Origin: the human T2T-CHM13v2.0 reference genome, Homo sapiens
Assembly: GCF_009914755.1 (NCBI RefSeq)
Contig: NC_060936.1
DNA: 64,000 nucleotides
Strand: one strand, 5' to 3'
Of this stretch, positions 50,850-64,000 are shown in pieces. The position numbers and the translations under genes were made by a program. The notes under the pieces were generated by a model that did not search any database, had not been told where the DNA came from, and worked only from the letters and a program-made list of their open reading frames with translations. The first letter of the stretch is position 1, and each line of letters starts with the position of its first letter.

Positions 50850-51310
50850 ATTCTCAAGCCTCAAATTTGTCTCTGTGAGGGGTTCTGGCCTAGAGTGTTA
50901 AGGGGATCATAGAGAATGAAGAGCTGGAGAATTGGGGTCATTGATTGATTGGGGTAATGAGGATAAAATCATCTGGATGTAGAAAGTGTATTCTTCCATG
51001 AGTCAGCTCCTTGCTGGACCCTTCAGATCAGGTGATGGAGGTAATTTACTGGTTTGCAGCACTTAAAAGAGAAACTCAAGTGGAAAGCTTATCATCTCTC
51101 AATTTCTTATACTTTATTTTTAGAACAGAAAGAAACAAAGGGACTTGTGACAAGGATTACATTAACCTGGTGTAGTAAGCAGTGACCTCTGCAAGGAAGT
51201 GGACCAAAGGGCAAGCTGGCTTAATGATTGCTGCTGATTGTGCTGCAAGCCTAGTTGAAATTTATTTATTCCCTTAACCAATTTTATAAAAATTCTGTGG
51301 AGACAGTTTC
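50850..51310 (-). mobile_element. ERV1 MER4-group LTR fragment
   Basis: Ends GACAGTTTCA (reverse of the TGAAAC.. start typical of MER4-group LTRs). Subfamily not resolved. Confidence 0.55.
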
Positions 51311-52159
51311 AAAAGCTCTTTAAGAAACAAATTGGAATTAATCATGTAAGTACATGTCTTCCATAGGTCAACAAAGGATTTTTGCAGGGACTGACTAAGA
51401 ATAATTCTAACTTCATGTATCTGTTTAAAATTCCTGTTTGTTTTGCTTTTAACCAATTTCTGCATGCTTTCCATACTGTAGCCAGTTCAAACTTCCTACA
51501 GCCAAATTTGGATATCATGTTGAATGATTCCCTTTGGTCTGTTGAAAAAAGTTCTTTGCCCTAACATTCAAGATCTTTTACAATTTGCCTTTGATGTACT
51601 ATTTGTTCCTTGGTTTTCATTTCCTGTTGTACATCATACATTGGCTAAATTTTCTTGACTCTTTTGCAAGCTTTTTGTGGTGATGAGCATTTAGATAATT
51701 CTCATTTGCTGGAGGCTGGATATGGGCTCTTTACCGATCATACATTTTTTTTGTTTGTTTTGAGTCCTAGCCCCAGCCTCTGCTGCTTTAGCCACATGCT
51801 AAGACAGATAAGGAGTGCTAGTTTCCTTTTCTTTAGTAGAATGTTGTGTGAGGGCAGATAATATGTAAAGTAGGGATGTGAGTGAAAATAAAATGTAAGT
51901 GAGGGATTCCAAGCTTATGCTCAGAAATACAGGAGACAGGTAACCCCTAACCATTTGCAACTGGATATAGGAGAAAGGTAATTGACTTCCCTCCCCCAAC
52001 TCCACGAAGACCATCATTGGCACATGCTATTGAGTACTGTTCACCAGCTGCAGGGATACAGTGAGCCAGCCTGATACCAGCAAACGACAACAATTACTCA
52101 AAGCAGACCAACAGAAAACCTGTAACTGTATGTTGTTTCAAAAATCAGCTGATCATAAA

Positions 52160-52286
52160 TGGGCACATGCCTGTAATCCAAGCTACTGGGAAGGCTGAGG
52201 CAGGAGGATCACTTGAGCCCAGGAGCTCTAGACCAGCATGGGCAACATAGCAAGACTCCATCTCAAGAAAAAGAAAAAGAAAAGAA
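52160..52286 (+). mobile_element. Alu monomer (FLAM-like)
   Basis: GCCTGTAATCCAAGCTACT...GAGGATCACTTGAGCCCAGGAG...A-rich tail. Confidence 0.85.
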
Positions 52287-52699
52287 GTGAGCTTGTCACT
52301 GTGCTGGGCTCCCTGGTGATTTCCCTGGAACGTTTTCCCTTCTGGTGTCCTGTAGCTGTTTAGAAGAGCTTTCCCTGCAATGTGAGAACTTCTTATTGAT
52401 ACTTTATTTACTCTTTCATAAATTTTGGATCAACTTAGAGATAATTTTTGAGTAGTACTATTAAATCTGTTCTGTTGTAAGACTCCCTTTCTCTAGAACT
52501 GCTCATCAGAAAACCATTATTTTAATAGGTTAATCCTGATTAGGGATTCCAACACCCTCCCCACCCTGCCGCCCACCTACCAAGGTGAGATCCTCAACAT
52601 TTTATCTCCTTTTAAAATTCTATCATTCCTTTCATCTGAATACTTTATCCTTTTATGACTGCCTTCTCAATGCTATTTATCTTTTAAGGCTCTAAGCAT

Positions 52700-52870
52700 G
52701 TGTTTTTAAAGCAAGGTACTTGGGCCATTTCTATCTCAATCACCTAAGGTGCAGGTTAGAAATGCAGATGTCAGAAATCAGAATCTCTATGGATGGTCCA
52801 GATATCTAAATTCTAACAAGCTCTCCCGGTATCTTTTACGCATGCAGAAGTTAAAGAAACACTGTTCTAC
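52700..52870. mobile_element. MER5A-like hAT-Charlie DNA transposon remnant
   Basis: GTTAGAAATGCAGAT...AATCAGAATCTCT...TAACAAGCTCTCC...CACTGTTCTA. Confidence 0.65.
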
Positions 52871-55656
52871 TCAAATGCCATGAAGTCATTTTCCTTCCCC
52901 TGGAAAACCAATGTACTTTCTCTGTCTTTGGAATTTCTTAAAAAAAAAAAAGTTTGTTTTTTACCCTTTAATATTTATAATAGAATTCTATCTTATAATT
53001 TTATCATAACATAATGATCTGTGAACTTGTTTTATTCCCTCTAGAATAGATGGAAGCTCCTTTCAGGCTAGGCCTGTGTATCTCCAGAGCATCTGGCGTG
53101 GGGCTTTGCTTCTAGCAGGTGCTTAATTCTTATCTCTAAGAATGCATGAAATGTTACCTCCAGGCCTTTCCCCTCCTCTTCTGTCAAAGCTCTGTGAACA
53201 TAAGCTACAATGTAACTCCAAATCACTTGTACCATATTAAAATAAATGAACTGCTTAGAAAACCTCTTTCTTGAACTAAGCTTAGTTCACAGAATTTGGT
53301 CCCAGATAAATAGTTGACTCAGGCTTTTTTGTTCTCTGTAAATCTGCTTATCAGCAAAAGGTTTATTTCTGAAACTCATGGCTCAATATAGTGAAAAGTA
53401 GTCATTTGAATCAAGAACTAAAGAACGATTCATGGTTCAGGTCATAAAAATTGCCTATATGTCTCTCACTGGTGAATCATTTATGATGTCCTCAGAACAG
53501 TTTGAATTTTCAAAAGGTTAACTTTGGATGTGCATTTTTAGAATGTGTGTTTGCTTACAATATGTCAACCTACAAAAGGGCGTTTTCATAAAATACCACT
53601 GTTTAATTTCTACAAAATCCATGTGAGTGAAAAAAAGCATACTCAAATCACAGATTGGAAACATGGCTTGAACTTCAAATAGTTAGCTGCAATTACCATG
53701 AGACTATTCCTTGATATTTGGTTTTCCTAAAATCAGGCTATAACCTAAGCACTTCAAACAAGCTTTGCTATGGATTTAAATGACCTGAATGATTTACTTT
53801 ATTTTCTAATATTGAAAAGACATGATGCTTCTTATTTTTTAATAAACCAAGTAAAATCCAGTGAAACAAACACAGACAAACAGAAAATGTAATTAAACTA
53901 CTTATTTTAAAAGAAAGCTTACAAAGAAAAAATGGATTTATCTAAGCTTGCTACAGATATTGCAAGAGCTTTAATTAGCATGCAATATTGCATTTAAGCA
54001 TTAAATATTAGTGAAATTATATGAATTCATTACACTAGAGTTGACATCTAAATAATATCCATCATAGAAAGAATATCACAAATACTTTTACAGAGGTGAA
54101 ATAAATACACTTGAATATTTTATGGATGTATGCCTTTCTCAAATGATAGAGGTGAAAAACATTTTAGGGAGCAAACATTTTAGGCGAGAAAATTTTACAA
54201 AAGCCTAAGGCTTAAATGAAAGGTGAATGTGATATTTTAAATTCAAAGAAAAAGTAACATTAGCATGCCATCGAAAAATAATATAAATGCAGAGAAATAG
54301 ACTGTCAAATGTTAGAAAGTACACATTTTAGAACTATAAAATCTCCTCACAATGAGGTATACTCTGAAAAATTTCAAGGAACCTTGACTCTGTCTCTCAG
54401 TCAGTTCAGTTACATCAACTATCCCCAAACCCAATACTCTCTGTCCAACCTCTTCTGGATCATTTGCAACTCTCAGGCCTAAATCAGGTTTGAATTCCTA
54501 TAAAACATTTCTGAGTGTATCTTGTTGCTTCCTGTCTTCTCCCTGCCTATCTTCCAACTCTAAGATTCCATCCTACACATCTCTGCTAAAATGATTCTTT
54601 TTAAATGTTGTTTTCATCAAATCACTCCTCTGCTTGAGAATTTAGAGTGACATTCCATAACTTATTATATAAAATCCTAACTTGCCTTGCAATAACATCT
54701 TTCACCAACTGGGCTACCCCTTCATCCAACCAAACAAATAGTCATCACTCTCAGAAACATGTGGGCCTGTATACATTACATAATATGCTTGATGTTTTTA
54801 GGGACATTGTGAAAGATTTTTGAAAAAGTTTACTGATGTCCTTTCAATGGAATATTGAATGTTTTTTAGGGTACTCTTCAAGAGCTATTTTATCTTATGG
54901 TATTTCATGGTGTGCACCTTTGAGTTACTTGTGACTGGTGTAGTTTTCACCTTTCTAGGGATACAGATAAACTTCTGAAAAGTTGATGACAGTGCAGATA
55001 TCTCCTGTTCATAGTGATGCAAATGATTCCTGCCCTTGGCAGTTTGAAGAATTGGTCTTATAAAGATTAAGACTCTCTACTGTTGTTCACATCTTACTAG
55101 TTCCCTCATTACTTAACAAGTTAAAGCATTGAACTGAGTTTATTTTATATTTTTATGAGTCATTATTTTACCTTTTTAAAATTATGAGTTAACAGGGTTT
55201 ACTATGCATAAATCCTATTGCCTTCTTTGCCTTGTAAGTCTCCATGTGTCACCTGCCCTCCCTTCTTCTAGTACATACCTACACTCTTTGAAACTCAATT
55301 CACATTCACCCCTTTCTAGAAACCTTATCAATATGAATGGTGTTAAGAGATAGTTAATGAGAAATTAACTAATGAGATAATTAATGGGAAATAGTAAGAT
55401 GTTATAAGCTGTTCAAAAAACTCAAAGAACTACATGGATATAAGGCCACCAGGAATGCTGATATAAATGCACTTAATTGATGACAAACTGGCAAAACTGG
55501 TCAGTATCCACCAGGCAATAAATCAGCCAAATCTCTACCAAACACAACTTGCATGTCTATGAACAAGAATCATTTGCATTACTATTGGATATTTTACATA
55601 AGCAAAAGAGATATAGTGGTAAAAACAAAATCCCTGCCTTCTTGGAGTTTATATTC

Positions 55657-55684
55657 GTGTGTGTGTGTGTATGTGTGTGTGTGT
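55657..55684 (+). repeat. Interrupted (GT)n
   Basis: Directly visible. Confidence 0.9.
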
Positions 55685-56248
55685 AAGAAGTTAAAGTCAA
55701 ATATTAAACAGATAAATATGTAACATGGCCTTTAGAGACATGTACTACTCTATAAAGAAATACAAAGCAGGATACTAATGCCAAGTAATATAGGATAAAA
55801 GAGAGTATTAATTTCTATGGAGTAATCAATAAGGTATCTCCGCAAAGGTGATATTTAAGTAGAAACCCAAAGGAAAAGGAAGCAAACTGTGAGGCTATGA
55901 GAGTTAAGGGGAGAGAATTCCATGTATAGGGAACCCTGAGTACAAAAGCCCCAGAGCAGGGGAACTGGGACTGCAAGTGGACCTGATGTAGTGAAATGCA
56001 ATGAGTTCCAGGAAGAGGAGCAGTGAGAAATGACCCTGGGGTGAGTATAGGAGGAGACAGGCAAAAGGAGCTCCTGATGAACTTTTTGTCCTCTTTCATG
56101 ACACTGATTTTTTTACTTCCAGGGAAATGGAGCATTACCAAAGAGTTTGGGCAGAAGCAAAACATGATTTGACATAGGAAGCATTCTGACTGCAATGGAA
56201 TGAATAGTCTAAAGGAATCAAAGGGAAAGCAGGGATATCAACTGGGAA

Positions 56249-56700
56249 GTTTAATGAATTTAATTGTATCTCCCAAAATGATATGTTGAAGTCTTAATCC
56301 CCTGATACTTGTGAAAATGACCTAATTTGGAAAGAGGATCTTTGCAGATGTAATCAAATTGAAATTAGGTCATTCTGGATTAGGGTGGTCCCTTATCCAA
56401 TGATTGTTGTCCTTATAAAAAGAGAGAAATTTGGACCCATATGAACAAGAAGGTCTTATGAAGACAGAGATAGAGATTATGTTGACACAATCCAAGAAAT
56501 AGTAAAGGATTGCCAGCAACCACCAGAACTGGGAAGCAGTCAGGATCTAGATCCTCTCCCAGAGCCTTCAAACAGAGTATGGCCCTGTTGACACCTTGAT
56601 TTTGGTCTGTAAGTCTCCAGAATATGATAAAATAAATTTCTGTTGTTTTAGGCAACCCAGTTTGTGGCACTTTTTAATGAAAGCCCTAGAAATCTAAACA
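56249..56700 (+). mobile_element. MaLR LTR (MLT1B/C-like) interrupting an L2
   Basis: ATATGTTGAAGTCTTAATCCC...TTTGCAGATGTAATC...AATAAATTTCTGTTGTTTTAGGC...CTAAACA. Confidence 0.8.
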
Positions 56701-57009
56701 AGGGGCTATTATAATAATTCATGTGAGAGATGATGATGATTTTGCCTGATTGGTGCTGCTGGAAGTCTTGAGAGGCCCTGGATCCAGGGTACTTTAAAAA
56801 GGTAAAATTGACATGATTTGCTGACATGTCTGTGGTGCCTAGAGAAGCATTAGAAGTAATTCAAGAACAAATGCAGCCTTTTGCTCTTAAGAATTGAACT
56901 CAGGAATACCTAACAGCCATATTTCTGAACAATAATGATAGATGTCCATGATGTTTTTATTGCAAATTTGCAATGGAGATCAAACCTAGAAAGATCAATT
57001 ATAATAGGA

Positions 57010-57200
57010 GCTATTACTGATCTCATTCTTTGTGCTATGCTCTTAATATATACATGTCATTTAATCCTCCCAAGACTCCTGCAATATAGATATTTTTACC
57101 TTCATTTTACAAATAGGAACCCTTCACCTAAATATGTTTTGTATGTACTCAAGGAAGTATTAGAGGAAAGATTGAAACCCCAATTTTCCTGATGCCAGCA
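57010..57200 (-). mobile_element. MIR
   Basis: TCATTTAATCCTC...CATTTTACAAATAGGAA. Confidence 0.6.
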
Positions 57201-57614
57201 CCAACCGACTTTCTATCAAGAAGTAAACAATGCTTTAGGGAATACAACAATGTTTCTGAGAAATTAGGATGCTAAATAAAACATTTCATTTACAACTCAG
57301 TTTTAAGATGGTTTTTATATATTCTTAGAATGTATGGAATACTCCTGCCTTTGTTGTTTTTGTGTCTTCATGGAACCTAATTTACTGCTAACAAAGAGTA
57401 GACACTCAACGAATACCCACTGGATTTAAATTAATGTACTCACTGGCCCTTGGTATTAGACAGATTTCTGTGATGGTGTATTATTTTATAGGGAATCATC
57501 TGTTTATATATACTTGATATAGGTTAAATAATACTTATTTACATTTGTGTAATACTTCATAATTTGCCAAGGACTTTCATACTAGTAACAATATTGACAA
57601 GATAAGTAACAGTT

Positions 57615-58625
57615 TCTGTTATCTATTGCTATATACCAAATCACCCTAAAATTTACAGTCTTCAAACTAACCGTGATGGTTAATAAATTCAGTGTCAACT
57701 TAATTAGACTGAAGGATGCAAAATATTGTTCCTGGCTGTGTCTGTGAGGGTGTTGCCAAAGGAGATTAACATTTGAGTCAGTGGACTGGGAAAGGCAGAC
57801 TCACCTTCAATCTGGGTGGGCACAATCTAATCAGCTGCTAGCATGGCTAGGATAAAAGCAGGCAGAAGAAAGTTAAAAAGACTAGACTGGCTTAGTCTTC
57901 TGGCCTACGTCTTTCTCCCATGCTGGATGCTTACTGCCCATGAACATCGGACTCCAAGTTCTTCACCTTTAGGAGTCTTGCCTTTGACCACAGACTAAAG
58001 GCTGCACTATTGGCTTCCCTATTTTTGAGGTTTGGGGACTTGGACTGGCTTCGTGCTCCTCATCTTGCAGACAGCTTATTGTGGGACTTCAACCTGTGAT
58101 TGTGTGAGTCAATACTCCTTAATAAACTCCCCTTTATGTATACATCCTATGAGTTCAGTCCCTCTAGATAACCCTGATTAATATACCATCTATTTTTAAA
58201 AAAATTATTTTTCATTATTCTGGGGGTTGACTGGGCACAGGTGGTTCTTGCTCAAGGTTTCTCATGTAGTGAGTCAGACAGTGGCTGGGTCCAGAGTCAT
58301 CTTGAAGATTTCTTCATTTACATGTCTAGGATTGATACCAGCTGGAGTCCTACTTGAGCTGTTGGCCTGAATGCCTACACATAGACTTTCCATGTGGCCT
58401 GGCCTTCCTCATACTTGGACACTAGATTCCAAGAGACAGCATCCAAGGTGATAAGCAGTAGATGTAGCAATTTCTTAAGGATGATGTCTGGGAACTGTCA
58501 CAGTGTCACCGCTATTGAATTATGTTGGTCATTTACAGAACCTAGATGCAAAGGGAGGAACATAAACCCCACATCTTGATCGACAGTGCGCCAAAGAATT
58601 TTAAAATCACATTTAAAACTGCCGA
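57615..58625 (-). mobile_element. Older MLT1 (I/J/K-like) LTR split by the MLT2A
   Basis: ATCTATTGCT...CAAATCACCCTAAAA on the left resumes as GGTTGACTGGGC...GGTTCTTGCTC...CCAAAGAATTT on the right. Confidence 0.65.
57672..58185 (+). mobile_element. MLT2A (HERV-L) solo LTR
   Basis: GTGATGGTTAATA...GTGTCTGTGAGGGTGTTGCCAAAGGAGATTAACATTTGAGTCAGTGGACTGGG...AACCCTGATTAATATA. Confidence 0.87.
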
Positions 58626-58774
58626 ATGAGAAAAACTTAATTTTTGTATTTTATACCAGAAAGGTTAAAAGTTGAGAAATTGGGATCTTTCCTAAAATCG
58701 AGTTAATAGGGGCTGCAGCAGTGATTCAAACCAAATTCTTCTTACTTTATTATACTTTCAATCATCAGAAAGCA

Positions 58775-59030
58775 GTGAAGTGGAGTGTTTGAGAACTTGA
58801 TATCTGGAGTCAGATTGTCTTAATGCGAATTTCAGTTCTTCTACTTTCTAGCTCTGTGATCTTGATAAAGTAACTTGGCTTTTCTTGCCTTGGTTTACTC
58901 ATCTGTGAAATGTTAATAATTGTACCTAACACAGATAGAGAAGTAAGAAGATTGAGCTGATAGACATAAGAACTTAGAACAACACCTGGACTAGCACATA
59001 GTAAGCACTCAATAAGAGTCAGCTATTATT
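58775..59030 (+). mobile_element. MIR
   Basis: CTGGAGTCAGA...CTGTGATCTTG...CTCATCTGTGAAATG...GCACATAGTAAGCACTCAATAA. Confidence 0.75.
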
Positions 59031-62000
59031 GTACATTTCACAACTGGCTGGCAGAATTTTGAAGAAATTTGGCAATTTTGTGGGTTAAATGTGTACATGT
59101 AAAGCATGCATGGAGGAAGTTTAAGTGACAAATGGCAAGTGTTTTTAATAAGATGTGATGCGTGCTCTGCCAAGTGTTTAGTTAACTTTCTTCTGTACTT
59201 TCATTGAATCAGATCTCAATCTTAAACTTTCCACACTGCATAGAAACCATCTGTTTATCCATTTGTCTCCTTGCTAGAATGTCAAGTCAAGGGGGCAACA
59301 TTATTCTTATTTATCTTTGTATCTTAGTGACTTACATGGTATCCGGCACATAGTAGGAGTTCAATGCTTTGGTCAAATAGATACATAGTAGGTCAATACA
59401 GTGGACTAAAAATCTGAAATGAGGGAAGAGCACTGTATTTATTCTGAAAGGATTTTCCTTTGTGGACTTGTGGGCTTATCATACTTTGAAAATTTCAAAG
59501 AAAGTGCAGGGGAGGAAATTATAGACTGAGATAATAACCAAACAACCCATTTACTTTAAAATTTTTTCATTCATTCACTCATCCACTAAGAGATGAGTTA
59601 TTTGCCTCCTTACAAAAGAGTAAAATAATTTTCAATTATTTCTATTTTAGAAACAACTTGTTATGTATTGTGCAGTCCAGCCACTCGGTTAGATAGGGCT
59701 CAGCATTATATTTATACTCAAGAAAAAATACCTTACCCTTTGAATTCATTATCAAGCCTGATAAACATTAGAAACTGTAGTCATGTTTGAATACAGAGAG
59801 AACAGGGAACTCCTCTGCTCCAAGAACTTAGTAATTTAAATATAGTTTTAAAATTTATATTTTATTTTGACATATGATGGTTTTTATCTTTGTTGCGATG
59901 TTGGTAATCCATTGAGAAATAGCAGAATGACGTGGAACTCTAATTTCTAGAATCCATATAAAGAAAAATAAAGATAGTAAAGCTCTAAAATTCCCCAGAC
60001 TCATAATTGAATCAATAGGATTTTGATGCAAAGAGGTCTGTTGACACATTATGATACTGCCCTTCTTGGAATGTATAGGAGAGTCTTGCCTTGTTCCATA
60101 TTACATAAGGTATCCATTAAATGCAGATTATCTTTCAAAGGAAAGGCAGAGATTAATGAGTAAAACCATAGTGTTGCATTAAATGAGCCTGATGAGAGAG
60201 CTCACAGAAAGATCCCTCAAAAATATTCATGAAATAAGAATAGTTGCAAAGTGATTATTGAATGATAAATTTGAGGAAAGAGGCCCTACCTAAAAAAAGA
60301 TATTATTGTAGTGAAAAACTTTTATAACATGTTGAGCAATTTTTGACAATTTGGTTTAGGATGTAATCACTGCAATTGTTTGCGTGGGTATTTTCTTGGT
60401 GCTTTCTGAGTTTCCATCAACTTTTCTGCCTGTAGTCAGCAAGTTCTAGATCATAGTTAAGAAAAAAAAATTAAGAAAATACCTCTCTTTCTGGCTCTTT
60501 TACATTGTCTACTTATTCTCATCCTACTCACACTGAAAACATAAGTAAATCTTGATGCTAAGGAAATATTCCTCTTCCATTAGTTCAGTGTAGATTTGTT
60601 TCATTCTGTGAGTAAATACTTGGTTCTCTAGGGGCTTAAAATTTCTCATAAGAAAAATTACTCAACCAGTGAATCAGTTAACATTTTTAGGAGGAGGGCA
60701 CTGACCAGCTGTTCTCTTCCTCAGGGGCAGAATTGGATGAAATAGACTTACATAGGAAATGGAAAGTTATGAGGAAGAAAACCTTTCTGATGATAAGGTT
60801 GATAGAAGCCTAAAGGGTTCAAGTTTTCTTCCCAGAGTAAATGTGACCCAGTAGATGAAAGCTAGCCTGTAACCTGAGATAGATTCCTGAATCTGTGCTT
60901 TCCTAGCCGAGTCTGTATCTTTGGACGATTTGAGTTTTCCTAGCCTCCATTTAATCAACTGAAAAAGGGGAGAAGATAATATTTAACATTTAGAGCTATT
61001 GCATAGATTTTAAAACGATTTACATGAAACTCTTGAAACATAATTCACAGTCAATAAATGGTAGCTGTGATTATTATCACTACCACTGACTTGGGGACAT
61101 GTAATCTCATATCATCAGTTCAAGGTGATTTCAGTGGCAATGATTTTCCCAGTCTTCATTTGGAGGAAGGAAGCTTGGCAAATAACACACAAAGTAGTTT
61201 TTAAAAAACATAACTGATAATGATTATTTTCCCTTTAATAGTAGGAGAACGAGAATTCTCCATATTTCCTGGAGGAAGAAACCCATTTTTCTCTAATAGC
61301 ATCTCGTAATGTGCTGCTGCCCATATCCCTGCCATTCTAATTTACAATAATAATATGCTAATTTTATGCTTGTAATCTTAGATTGGATTAAGTACCAGAT
61401 TTTTAGAGAAATAAATGACAAAATATATTTCTTTTGGAATATTTTTATATAGAAAAATACTTAAATATTTCCTATGACTCAATGGTTATATTTAGCATGC
61501 ACATCTAAAACTTGATTATGTCTTGCTCAGGCTGGTCTTTTTGAGTGCATTTTCAATGATAATGTATAGTTGTTTAAGAAAAAGGATTTTGATTTTTCAA
61601 TTTTAACGTTAATTATGGGATTTTTAAGAAAAGCGTTAAAGAACTCTTTAGTTCCTTAAAGTTTCCATCACATTCTTTGGACTGTTTGTTTATACCGAGA
61701 TTAGAAATAGTCCTACTGTTTTAATTTTGTTTGTAATTTTTTGCAATTAGAATACATAAATTACATCAACTTGCATTGTGTGCAGAACCCAGACCTACAT
61801 ACCTTGAAATCAATATAGCTATAAACAGTATATATTTCCAAGCCATGAAAAAATAAAAGCCCAAATTAGATTAATCTATGAAGGGATCTAATGGCTCCCA
61901 CTGACTTTTCTTATAAGATAGAAACTATGAAAACTGCGGTGGGCTTCTTATCACAGAGATCTTTCTTAAACTGGATGCTCAGTACTCTTTTAGAGATCTT

Positions 62001-62249
62001 AAGGAAGGAAGGCAATCTTCCATACCTGGAGTAGAAGTTGGCTTTTATTTGCTCCTATTTTTCTCTGTTTAATCAATTAAAAAGTATTTACAATGTTCTC
62101 TGTACTGTGATAAGTACTCAAGAGATTAATATGGAAAGAAAAGACATGGCATGTCAATGACATACTTACTGAAATATTTCTTGGAAGAGCAAGATTTATT
62201 CATACAAAGTAACTTATAGGCAACCATTGTTAATCTCTCCTAATTTATT

Positions 62250-63020
62250 CCATTCCTTCAATCATTCGTTTCCCCAAAATTTATGAAAACATACCATCTT
62301 CAAGAAAGTGCTAGGCTAGGGTTTGAGGTTACAATAGAGAAAATAAGTGGTTCTTGCCTTTGCAGAAAATGTAGCAATAATTATGAAGGAGTTGTAAACA
62401 AAGAGCAATGGGCCCATAAAAGAAAGCATGCCTAATTCTGACGGTATGTCAAGGAATTCTCAATAGAGTTAATTTTTTTAAAAAACTGACTCTTGAAAGT
62501 TGACTTGGAATTTACCAGGCAGAGTATGATCAACCAGGCAGTAGGGTATTTGGGTTAAAGGCATTGTTACCTGGGGTAGATGGAAGGGACACACGTGGAA
62601 TTGTGAAGAAGAACAGCATATTTGGAAAATGAGTAATTCAATATTGCAGGGAAATAGGAACAAAGCAAATGGCAGAAGATGGGACTATACTGAAAGACAC
62701 TGGCCAGATTATGAAGTACCTTAAATTTCCTACTAAGGCATTTATGTTATTGGAAATGGGAAGTAATTGAAGGATTTTATGAAATGGGTTATCATGATCA
62801 TATTTGAGTTTTATGACGATAATACTAGTGGTAATTGAAAATTAGGATAAGGGTGGAGGCTCTGACATCAGTTGATAGCTTATTGCATTCATCCATGACA
62901 GATTTGATAACTTTCTGAACAGAAGCATGGCAGTGGAGGTGGAACAAAGGTAATGTCCTTGAGAACTATTAGGAGGCAGAAACTCTAGGATGTAAGCCAC
63001 TGTTAATGTAATGGCTATGG
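62250..63020 (-). mobile_element. L2 fragment
   Basis: ATTCCATTC..TTTATGAAAAC..GTGCTAGG, GGAAGTAATTGAAGGATTTT, ATGATCATATTTG. Confidence 0.55.
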
Positions 63021-63549
63021 GGTAGGAAAGAGTTTCCTATCATAAATAGGTTTCTGGCTAGAGAGACTAGGTATTTTCTGTCAATAAGCCAAACCTATTA
63101 TAGACTTAATGGCACAGCACCTGGCAGACATAAACAGTATATAACATATACTTATATACATAACAGTATGTTATGTATACTTATATACTTATATACATAA
63201 CAGCATATAAGTATAAGGATACTTATAAAGCACATGTAGATCTCAGGTATCCCATAGAATTAGTTACAGAAGAATACTTTTTTGGGGGTAAGACCAGGTT
63301 TGGGGTGACCTGGCTACATTTTTGGGGAGAAATCTGATGTACTTTTTTCCTTTGGTAGACATAGTTTAAGAAACTTATTACAAAATTAACAACACAAATC
63401 TAAGTTCACACATTTTTAGGTCCCCTCTTAAGTTTTGGAAAGGTCTGTACCATAAAAGTTTTTAAAGTTTAAGCTTCATTAGTGTTATGGAAAATCCACC
63501 TCTGGCTAAGGTATAATTTTATTTCTCCGTCAGTTATATTCCCACCTCT

Positions 63550-63579
63550 ACACACACACACACACACACACATACACAC

Positions 63580-63632
<53 letters not shown>

Positions 63633-63640
63633 GACACACA
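63550..63640 (+). repeat. Compound (CA)n / (CATA) microsatellite
   Basis: Directly visible. Confidence 0.95.
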
Positions 63641-63879
63641 TTTATTCTCCTGCCCCTGCCCTGCACTCCCCGCTAGAGAATTTTATGGTTATTTCCTGTA
63701 AAGTCAGTTGACTTTGAAGTCTTACAAGGCCAATGAGCACCTTGTGAGAAGTCAGTACATTTTTTAATCCTTAAACACAAAATATTAAAACAACATTTCA
63801 ATCTGTAAGCAATGCAATACTCATTCTTTCTTAAAAATATCACGGATAAAATAAAGAGGTTTTAGTAACAATTATAGTC

Positions 63880-64000
63880 AATATTTATTAATTAAGCACT
63901 CAATAGCAGATGGTCTCCTTATATGTGGTAACCTTCTTGATCCTCACAGAAATCCTTTGTAGTAGGTTCTATTTCTCTTCCTAATTTACAGTGAGAAAAG
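63880..64000 (-). mobile_element. MIR (runs off the window end)
   Basis: TTTATTAATTAAGCAC...ATCCTCACA...GTAGGT...TTTACAGTGAGAAAA. Confidence 0.55.

Larger units (their letters stand above)
55590..56830 (-). mobile_element. L2 (interrupted by (TG)n and MLT1)
   Basis: AAAATCCCTGCC..TGGAGTTTATATTC, GGTGATATTTAAGTAGAAACC. Confidence 0.55.

Noticed and set aside
55815-56670. 126-aa and 85-aa - strand ORFs
   Set aside because: Fall within L2/MLT1 remnants, with no recognisable domain or exon structure.
63469-63676. HT/CV-repeat ORFs
   Set aside because: Translations of the (CA)n microsatellite.

Overview
This is primate genomic DNA, most likely human, AT-rich and dense in repeats. It holds the 3' end of TRHDE (TRH-degrading ectoenzyme / pyroglutamyl peptidase II, M1 aminopeptidase family) on the + strand. 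The last four coding exons are 26085-26252, 26779-26919, 30690-30771 and 36815-36958, followed by a long 3' UTR with tandem poly(A) signals and then intergenic DNA. The long upstream intron holds an antisense full-length L1PA2/L1PA3-type LINE-1 and a sense-oriented ancient L1M. The last intron holds a solo LTR13A-type ERV-K LTR. Alu, MIR, L2, MER5A, MLT1 and MLT2A copies are scattered throughout. Most interesting: (1) the young L1 is a composite insertion inside one 17-bp TSD: duplicated L1 5' tip + 145 bp unique DNA + full L1 + 49 bp 3' transduction with its own ATTAAA and tail; (2) its ORF1/ORF2 are dead but antisense ORF0 is open, points into TRHDE, and has a phase-2 splice donor exactly in frame with the next TRHDE exons (predicted 241-aa ORF0-TRHDE fusion); (3) a near-perfect Kozak ATG just upstream of the 26085 acceptor is also in frame (MGCFF-RIPLN...); (4) the penultimate exon has a rare GAG acceptor and begins GTATGG, resembling a recursive splice site. 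Repeat subfamily names and the gene identity come from recognition of sequence, not database searches.
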